The notes below the pieces were generated by a model, which was not told the DNA's origin, searched no databases, and saw only the letters and a list, made by a program, of their open reading frames with translations. The position numbers and the translations under genes are program-made. A stretch of DNA of 64,000 nucleotides from Octopus sinensis (Eukaryota), in NCBI RefSeq assembly GCF_006345805.1, contig NC_043006.1, positions 6,510,001 through 6,574,000 on the forward strand. The letters run 5' to 3'. Below are positions 54,189 to 64,000 of this stretch, in pieces; within the stretch, counting starts at the first letter, position 1, and each line of letters begins with the position of its first letter.

Positions 54189-54567
54189 GTTTGTTTTTCT
54201 TTTGTTTGTTTTCCTTTTGATTTTTGAAAATATATATATTCTTTCTTGGGAGTTAAAGAAGTGTATATATATATAAATGTTCTCTCTTAAGGGTGTGAGT
54301 TTTTGATTATTTGGTTGTTGAGGATATTAAAAGAAAAACAGTTGTATATAACAATTTGTAGTTAAATGAAAACGTACTTACGGGTTTGTAGGCAAACACG
54401 TGGTTACAAATATATATATATTTAAGGTCAGTTAGTTTTGAAGCTGTGTAGCTTGCTACTGACTTGGGAGAGAAACAAATAGACGTCCGTCCACTTCAAC
54501 AGTTAATCCACATATATATATATATATATATTATATATAATATACATATATATATATATATACACAC

Positions 54568-54629
<62 letters not shown>

Positions 54630-54810
54630 CATATATATACATATATATACATGCACATACATATATATACATATATATACACACATACATACATATACAT
54701 ATATATACATATATATACATACATACATACATATATAACATACATACATACATACATATACATACATACATACATACATATATATACATACATACATATA
54801 TATACATACA

Positions 54811-54858
<48 letters not shown>

Positions 54859-55319
54859 ATCTCTCCATCTCTCTCTCTCTATGTATACATACATATATTC
54901 ATATGAAAACAATCAATATTTACCTAGTAAAATTTATATTAATAGGAGATGTTAAAAGAAATAAAAATTAAAGATATTGTGCAGGGCATAAATGAAAAAA
55001 AGGAGTTTTGTGAGCTATCGAATACAAAAAAAAAATTACTATAAATGAAACGGATTTACCTGAACGAAAGCTGTTGGAAATGAATGAAAATGCGTTAATA
55101 AAAGCTGATTAATAACAAAATATACACAGCATATTGTCAAGAAATGTGATAGAAAATATGAACATGTCTTAATAATTGTGATAATAAACCATAACATTTT
55201 TCTATAAGTTAAACAATAGTAGAAAAGCAGTAAAGAAAAACTTAGTAGAAAAGGAATTTTTAACTCCTTTCTCTAATTTCGGTATATGGTGAAGTAGTTA
55301 GCTGAACCCTAACTATAAT

Positions 55320-55383
<64 letters not shown>

Positions 55384-55451
55384 TTAAGTAGTTGAATGAA
55401 TTATCCTAGTATGGATAATTCGGTTAACCGATACCCGGGTAGCAAATATAT

Positions 55452-56475
55452 ATATATAAATGACCTTTCCAGTGTCGTACACAACTGCAAAGTGAAAATA
55501 TTTGCTGATGACACTAAGCTCCAGAAAATCATCAATGAAGAAGCAGACCGAACTCAACTCCAGTCTGATCTATATGCTGTGAGTCAATGGGCAGACAGAA
55601 TCAAAATGCAACTGAACGAGGGAAAATTTGAGCTGATGCATTTTGGAAGAAATTCCTCACTAAAACAGCCATACTCTCTTCCTTCAGAGGAGCCGCTCAC
55701 AGCCTCTAACAATATCAGAGACCTGGGTGTAATTGTTGATGACGATCTCAGTTGGAGTGCACACATCAACAAGAAGGTCGATATAGCTCGTAGGATGAGT
55801 TCCTGGATCTTAAGAACCTTCCGGTCCAGAGAACAAGGTGTCATCATACCACTTTTCTCCTTTGTACGGTCACACCTCGAATACTGCTGCCCACTGTGGT
55901 CTCTCCATACAAGACAAAACATCTCGAGGATTGAATCACCCAAGAGAGCACTCACTAAACGAATTGAAGGCATGGCTGCTCTCGATTAATAAGACCGCCT
56001 TAAAGCCTTGAAACTCTATCTCTCCAGCGTCGCCGTGAGCGGTGCATCATTTGTACGCTGTGGAGAATATGACGCCAACTTTGCCCAAACGACCTGAACA
56101 TTAGCTTCAAGGTTCATCCAAGGGTGGGACCACGGACCATACGTCCCCTGCTCAATTCAGGACCACAGCATATAGGTACACTGTAACATAATTTCTTTTC
56201 CTCAACAGGCCCCGCCCTGTTTAACATTGTGCCGAAAGAGATCAAAAAGGAAAAGGATCCCATCAACTTTAAACGGAGTCTGGACAGATTTCTTCAAAGA
56301 ATACCGGATAAGCCACCCGTACCTGGATAAACTCACTCAACAAAAACTCACTACTTGAATGGATCATAAACAAAACTTCACTTAAACAGGATTTAGATAA
56401 TCCTATCAGGTGGTGCTATTAAGTTAGACATGGCCTGGACCGAGCTTTGTTCGAAACATATGTAACATATATAAC
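55452..56475 (+). mobile_element. 5'-truncated CR1/L2-group LINE of a diverged subfamily
   Basis: YINDL...FADDTK; 37/53 amino-acid identity to the minus-strand element in the FADD region; tail CATATGTAA/CATATATAA. Confidence 0.9.
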
Positions 56476-56476
56476 A

Positions 56477-56672
56477 GTTGTCGAGTGGTACCCGCGTGAG
56501 CGGAAAAGACCACCCGGAAGACCTCCACGACGGTGGAGTGACGATTTCAAGAGGACGATTGGGATCACGTAGATGAGAAAGGCGCGATCCAGGGAGGAGT
56601 GGACAGCGTGCTGTGACCAGCGGTGTCAAATGGACGCCTGACGGACTGGTCGGTCAAAGTGAAAAGTCAAAG

Positions 56673-56676
<4 letters not shown>
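56477..56676 (+). mobile_element. RTE-clade LINE 3' end fragment
   Basis: VEWYPRERKRPPGRPPRRWSDDF...ARSREEW. Confidence 0.75.
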
Positions 56677-56718
<42 letters not shown>

Positions 56719-57163
56719 ATATATATATCGGTACTTTATTCCTCACATATTTCCAATAACACTATAACAGTATATATTGGCTTCATATATCTTTTCCAAA
56801 ACTTAGATTTGTTTAGTCTAGATAGGTGTTACTTTTTCCGCCCCTAACTTCAATAAAACTTGATTGATGCTTTGAATTACGGAACATATTCTTCGGATAC
56901 TTGAATACGTGCCATGAATGTTTATAAGGCATACATATATAATAGATAGCCGAAAAAAGAATATTATATATATATTGTTCTTTACCTCTATACTTCTTAT
57001 ATTATTCTTCTACAATTTAACTTACACAGCATGAATCTGGTATTCGTGTATCTTCGTGTATCATATACATTCACACATACAGAGATTCATGCACACTTAC
57101 ATCTATTAGTAGTTCGCTTCGTGGATATTTTTATTTTCACATACGTCGTACATAATCGGATGT

Positions 57164-57548
57164 GGAGGCGCAATGGCCCAGTGGTTAGGGCAGCGGACTC
57201 GCGGTCATAGGATCGCGGTTTCGATTCCCAGACCGGGCGTTGTGAGTGTTTATTGAGCGAAAACACCTAAAAGCTCCACGAGGCTCCGGCAGGGGATGGT
57301 GGTGATCCCTGCTGTACTCTTTCACCACAACTTTCTCTCACTCTTACTTCCTGTTTCTGTTGTACCTGTATTTCAAAGGGCCGGCCTTGTCACTCTCTGT
57401 GTCACGCTGAATATCCCCGAGAACTACGTTAAGGGTACACGTGTCTGTGGAGTGCTCAGCCACTTACACTTTAATTTCACGAGCAGGCTGTTCCGTTGAT
57501 TCGGATCAACCGGAACCCTCGTCGTCGTAACCGACGGAGTGCTTCCAC
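57164..57548 (+). mobile_element. SINE family A
   Basis: 11-bp TSD ACATAATCGGA at 57150 and 57549. Confidence 0.92.
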
Positions 57549-57869
57549 ACATAATCGGAATGCACATCAAGATATTGAACAAACTTCAGAAACCAGATTG
57601 AATTCAATACGTTCCAAGTGAAACAAGCAGTATGGGTTCTGTAATCTGTTCTGTAATTCACGAATCTAGACTTTAACCTTCGTTTACAATTTACCAGTAT
57701 TACTACCAATTACAATTCTTATCCCCGAATCATGCGATTCTATGATACTCCCTGAAATATGAACATTTCCCTTGCCATTGCATTCCGTTATAAAATATTC
57801 TATGTTCATGCAACAGTTACTCAATGGTGAAGTGTATTTATAAAATGTGTGCCGGTTTTAAAAGTGGAT

Positions 57870-58192
57870 ATGCTCCTCGTTCAACCCGGAGAGTCAGTGT
57901 GGTTTTAGATCAAGTCGTGGCACAATGAACATGATTTTCTGTTCGTCTACTCCCGGAGAAATGCATTGAAAATCGCTTGGCACTTTACAAGGTATTTGTC
58001 GATTTAATATTCGACACTGTTAATAGGACCGTTCTCTGGACTATTCTCGGTAAACTTGGAGGTCCGACCCCAATTTCTCAATAATTTTTTAAGCAAGTTC
58101 ATAGTGATATGAAGGTTCATATTAATGTCAATGGGTCACTATCGGAACCAATTTCCATCGATAACGGAGTTGAACAAGGTGATATTGCTGCA
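57870..58192 (+). pseudogene. RTE-clade reverse transcriptase relic
   Basis: PESQCGFRSSRGT, FVDL..FDTVNR, NGVEQGD. Confidence 0.8.
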
Positions 58193-58857
58193 CACATATC
58201 GATATATATATATCAGTGTATGCACATATATAATCTATTTTGCGTTCAGTGAATACGGTATATAGATTTGCGTGTATTTTGTGTATGTATATATGTGCAT
58301 GTGTATGCATGTGTGTATATGTGTATATTTGCTTGTATTTATATATGAGTGCATATATGTTTGTATGTATATATGCATGTATGTATATGTGTCAATATTT
58401 ATGTTTGTGTTTATATATATATGTGTATATATGTATAAAAGTACATAGATGAATACGTGTGCATGAGTATGTTTGTACGTGTGTGTTTGCGTGTGTGCAT
58501 ATATGTGTATGTGTGTGTGTGTGTGTGAGCGAGGGTGAAAGACGACAGCTTTACTACTTCCTGTTCCTCTGCGGTCTACTTCCTTTCAGCTCACTTAACG
58601 GACAAAATATCCTCCTATTTGAATGACCTTAAGCTAGGACATACGATGACTGTTTGAAATAATCGTTTGATCTGTTTACTTCCCGCTTGCCCGTTATAAT
58701 TGTTTTTTCCTCCCGTTCTCTTCAAATTAGAATGTTATTTTTTAAAATATCACTTACCCAATATATTGTTGGAATCGTGAACATAAATCTTCTACCCTAT
58801 CTGTTTATACCTGCTTAAAATTTTATCTAAAGATGGTAGATATATGCTATGATATAG

Positions 58858-59223
58858 GCGCAGGAGTGGCTGTGTGGTAAGTAGCTTGCTAACCAACCAC
58901 ATGGTTCCGGGTTCAGTCCCACTGCGTGGCATCTTGGGCAAGTGTCTTCTGCTATAGCCCCGGGCCGACCAATGCCTTGTGAGTGGATTTGGTAGACGGA
59001 AACTGAAAGAAGCCTATCGTATATATATATATATAAGTGTGTGTGTATATGTTTGTGTGTCTGTGTTTGTCCCCCTAGCATTGCTTGACAACTGACGCTG
59101 GTGTGTTTACGTCCCCGTAACTTAGCGGTTCGGCAAAAGAGACCGATAGAATAAGTACTGGGCTTACAAAGAATAAGTCCCGGGGTCGATTTGATTGACT
59201 AAAGGCGGTACTCCAGCATGGCC
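58858..59223 (+). mobile_element. CORE-type SINE, family B, 3'-truncated
   Basis: Match to family B that ends at CAGCATGGCC. Confidence 0.85.
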
Positions 59224-59315
59224 TATATAGCCACTCCTGCGCAGAGACAGAGAGAGAGAGAAAGAGAAAGTCTGATGTGTACATATATACCATATATAGC
59301 ATGTGCCTCTGTGCA

Positions 59316-59371
<56 letters not shown>

Positions 59372-62350
59372 TGTGTGTGTTTGTACGTGTGTAAATATAT
59401 CTGCAATAATGGTTCGGGTTAGGAAAAGCAAAAACCTGATTCGTTATCTACAATTTTCGCACAAAGATTCTTGCTAGTAGTGAATATGAATGCGATTGTG
59501 TGCGTGCGTGTGTGTGTGTGTGCGTGTGTGGTGTGTGTGTATGTGTGTGTTTGCGCATGTTTGCCTCTGTAATACACTGAATTCTGTGTTTTTTCCTCCC
59601 GTTCCCTTCAATTCATAAAACGTTATAAAAGAAGAAACTTAAAGGGAAACAGAAAGTCATAGAAGTATGGTGGGCCACAGCCTTACAATCACAGACGTAT
59701 TTGGTAGAATGGATCAACGTTTGAATTATATTTTTTAAATTAACGAGTTTTTTTTTAATAAGATCAGATTTATCTTACAAATAGCGCTTATCGCCTCAGG
59801 AGTAAAGAGAAAACTATCATCTCTGAGCAAATGCAGGTGAGGACGGGTACGTTGTTTTAACAAGTGCATCTACACTTAGCCAGTGCGTGTAAACTTAGGA
59901 GTGTTAATAGTAATTCTGTACGTCACTCGGTGCGCATGTTTTTCATTTTTTGAATTTGTAAAAGATCATTTACACTATTTTTTACAAAGTTAATTACCAG
60001 CAATGTGGAAATTATTTTGTTTCTCCAGAAGCCTTTAAAAAAAAATAATGTTCATCTTGTAAATAATTGTGCAGGGACTGCTTTCTTTTGTTCTGAAATG
60101 CGGATATAGTCATTTGAGCTTCTCCTTTCGGTTGTGATATTTCCGGTTTAATTCCGCTAGTGCCGTATTCTTGAGTCAAACCACGTCTTCTCTTTTAAAT
60201 TGATTCGGCGAACGCCATATAAACAACCAAATGATATTCTGTATCTCTGTTGAAATGGTCGAATCTTTTGATTTAGAATATCATGCTGGTTCTGGTTTGG
60301 GATTTCTTTAAATTTCCATCCATTTATGGACAATAGTTTAATGTGATATATTGGTAGTTCCATTGGGTATAAACTTGATATATTGATATTCGGAATAGAT
60401 GGAAGATCTATAGAAAGTTTAATAAAATAGGAATTGGGATCTACAGCCAAGTATGAATTATGCCCTCGAAAATATAAAATATCTGCAAGTTTAAATGTCT
60501 GCTATTGAAACGTCTTGCTATCTTTACATTTGGAATTATTTACATGAGATTATTACGAATAGAAAAGAAAATATATGATAACTACTGACAGTGTAAGCTA
60601 AAAGTAAAATAATCGCTTTAGCTTGGAATATATCTGAAGATAAATTGCCTTGCACAGATTATTCGTAATTTTCTATAAACACTCAAAAGACTTTAACACT
60701 TTTCGAACGTAGATAAAGATTTATGGTTGTCGGCTTAAAACATACAAGCTGCTAGTTACATATTTAATAGTATTTAATAGTATCTATGTTTCACCATTAT
60801 GTTGAGATTAAAAAGGATTTATTGAATCTAAATTATCTTTCATTTACGTGTATGTCGATATAAATGCTTTATAAGAGAACAAAAAGTTTTCGCCATCACG
60901 AAACTGAAATAAGAGCAATAATAGATGACATTTTGCGCAAAAATTGTTTTCTGATTCAACACAGTTGGAAGAAAATCGGTTTCATAAGAGGCGAAAGAGA
61001 ATTTCCGTTGCATTTTAAAATATTTGTTTCAAGCTTTAATGTATTTTAAAGTAATTTTCCGGCGTTCTAACGATTTTGCAAATCTGCAATAATGTGCTCG
61101 CAAAATCTATAATATGGTATTAAAGTGAAAATATTTATCTACTGTTACGTTATATAATCAATTATTTTAACGTTTATGATCACACGGTTCCAAAACAGAG
61201 GAGACTATCTAATGGACTCTGAAAATCAGATAAATAGAATTGTTATGCTAAAATGTTTCCTAAATATAATTTACAGTGGACTACAGTAGATTTAGTTTCA
61301 TATTGGACGGGGTCATTATGTCAAAATTTAAAGACACTAACTGATTCTTTCTCTCATTTATTTATAATAATTAGAACCAAACCAGTTAATATTTTAACCA
61401 ATTAACTAATTGTTTGGTCCAACGGTTGATTTGGGATCTTCGTTATAGTCCTTTCGTCACCATTCACAAGCTTATCATCGACACTCGCTACTCTAGGTTT
61501 AGCCAAACCATTCCCCAAAGAATTACGTAATAGTATACTAATAATAAATGAAGTGAAACACAGCCAATGACACAGAGATGACACAACCTGTTGCAAAATA
61601 CGATTACACACCAAGAATGTTGCAAATCAATTACTAATATGGGACCAAAAATATTTGTTGCTACGAGTCAATAAAAGCCAAGAGATGATTACCCCCGACA
61701 CTGAAATTGTCTCTAAGTAATGTAAATGCGTATGTTTGAAGAGAAATTTGCAATATTGTATTTCTTTCACAGAACATTATGAATAGATTATCATCTGTTC
61801 CTGCCAAAGCTTCCCAGGTTTCAACACATTTTGGAGTGCCAAACTTGTGTACATATCAATGTATATTTGTTTAAAATAAGTTGAGTGTTATGAAATGCAA
61901 TCAGTCAGCAATAATACGAAGCATCGTTACTGATTCTAATATTTTTTAAGAATTCGAAGAATACTCATTATTTACGTCCCCTTCATTTTTCCCGCATACC
62001 TTACCCATTTTATACAAATCTACAGGTTTTAATATCTGAAGGCACGATAAACCAAACATTACTGCCACAGCATGAGAACAGCATGTTTATGTTTTCGTAT
62101 ATATGTTCAAGACCAGACCTGTACCTAAAATATCTTTCAAGGTTTAAGTCAAATTACCAACTCTTCAACAAATATTTACACAGTAAAAATATCATGTTGG
62201 GGTAAGAAATGAAAATGTTCTACTTCGAAATTTATTTAGAAATAAGATAAATATATATCAACGACTTCAGAATCTTTTACTGCCATATACCTAGCATGTT
62301 ATAGATTCCTAATACAGTTTCTTTAAAAGTACTTGTATCTTGGTCGCCGT

Positions 62351-62718
62351 GGAGGCGCAATGGCTCAGTGGTTAGGGCAGCGGACTCGCGGTTTCGATTC
62401 CCAGACCGGGCATTGTGAGTGTTTATTGAGCGAAAACACCTAAAGCTCCACGAGGCTCCGGCAGGGGGTAGTGGTGAACCCTGCTGTACTCTTTCACCAC
62501 AACTTTCTCTCGCTCTTTCTTCCTGTTTCTCTTGTACCTGTATTTCAAAGGGCCAGCCTTGTCACACTGTGTCACGCTGATTCTCCTCGAGAACTACGTT
62601 AAGGGTACGCGTGTCTGTGGAGTGCTCAGCCACTTGCACGTTAATATCACGAGCAAGCTGTTCTGTTGATCGTATCAGCTGGGACCCTCATCGTCGCAAC
62701 CGACGGAGTGCTACTACT
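62351..62718 (+). mobile_element. SINE family A
   Basis: 13-bp TSD TATCTTGGTCGCC; (CTA)n tail. Confidence 0.9.
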
Positions 62719-62788
62719 ATCTTGGTCGCCAAATATCCAATTATTTCATAACTTTGCAAAGCACACTATTTTACATCAAAGGGATATA

Positions 62789-63199
62789 CTCTTTACTCTC
62801 GTTTACTTGTTTCAGTCATTTGACTGCGGCCATGCTGGAGCACCGCCTTTAATCGAGCAACTCGACCCCGGGACTTATACTTTGTAAGCCCAGTACTTAT
62901 TTTATCGGTCTCTTTTGCCGAACCGCTAAGTGACGGGTACATAAACACACCAGCATCGGTTGCCAAGCAATGCTAGGGGGACAAACACAGACACACAAAC
63001 ACACACGCACACACACACACACACATATATATATATACATATATACGACGGGCTTCTTTCAGTTTCCGTCTACCAAATCCACTCACAAGGCATTGGGGGC
63101 TATAGCAGAAGACACTTGCCCAAGATGCCACGCAGTGGGACTGAACCCGGAACCATGTGGTTGGTTAGCAAGCTACTTACCACACAGCCACTCCTGCGC
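62789..63199 (-). mobile_element. CORE-type SINE, family B
   Basis: Full-length reverse-complement match. Confidence 0.88.
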
Positions 63200-63737
63200 C
63201 TGAAATATAAAATATCTGTATTCCAGATTATATTTTCGTACCTAAACACCGTTACATATTCAGTATGTAATATATATATTTATCATTCTTGCCGTATATC
63301 ATTGCCTAGTCTGGAAAACTTCTTATTCTTCAATAGGAATTATTAAAATAATAGTATTAATCATCTCTTTACAACAATGAATTTGTCTTTTAAGTGAGCA
63401 GCCCTGACATTTCCTTTAGTTATAGTTAACGACGTTGTAAAGAGTGAGAAGATATACTTGTACAAACAAAACGATACTCAATGGAGTTGATCCTAGTACT
63501 AGCTTAAGCTAGCTCCTTTGGAGGGCTCTTCATTGGGCCTTGAGCCCAATAATGAGACTTCATGCATTGAGTACATATTGAATTTTTTAAAACTTGACCG
63601 ATATTTTTCAAGCAATGAACCATTTTCATCAAAACAATGATATAATTTGTCAACTTGGAACTTAATGCAGAGCTTCATGATAAACAATATTTTTGTCTTC
63701 CCATCCAGGGGTCAGTACGTCTTTTTTCTGTCTAACT

Positions 63738-63775
<38 letters not shown>

Positions 63776-64000
63776 GATCGTTTTCAACCATCAGCAGTAC
63801 CACTACCATCGCCACCACAACTACCGTATATACATCCTTCAGATCTCTGACGACTTCACCGCCTTCCCCACCACCACCACCACCACCACCACCACACCAC
63901 CACCACTATCATCACCACTGTCTTTCCCATCTCTTACTATTACCGTAAGAGATAGACTGCCCCAGCTACCACCACCACCACCACCACCACCATCATCATC

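Larger units (their letters stand above)
49866..54510 (-). mobile_element. Near full-length CR1/L2-group LINE (about 4.65 kb)
   Basis: 5' UTR, ORF1, APE-RT ORF2, short tandem tail (TTTCAAAGTA); both flanks are TA microsatellite. Confidence 0.92.

Overview
AT-rich, repeat-dense animal genomic DNA. The SINE families and microsatellite load look like a cephalopod, most likely Octopus; this is recognition, not a database result. No host protein-coding gene can be called with confidence, and almost every ORF in the supplied track comes from microsatellites, SINEs or TE relics. The window holds: about 15 tRNA-derived SINE copies from at least four families; a nearly full-length CR1/L2-group LINE (49.9-54.5 kb, minus) and a diverged 5'-truncated relative; a nested, decayed L1/Tx1-type LINE cluster carrying mariner and RTE insertions; R4/Dong-type relics and microsatellite-embedded non-coding retroposons; three Helitron-like non-autonomous elements; and Penelope-like element (PLE) relics. 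The two most interesting signals are (1) four unrelated short repeat families that each carry a minimal type I hammerhead ribozyme fold, with an extra purine after A9 and different catalytic cores (CUGAUGA, CUGUAGA, CCGACGA, CCGAAGA), resembling PLE/retrozyme-type elements; and (2) a LINE ORF1 that appears to combine an N-terminal Myb/SANT-like (trihelix) domain, a polyQ linker and two tandem CCCH fingers. Frameshifts in young elements fall mostly in homopolymers, so some may be long-read assembly errors.
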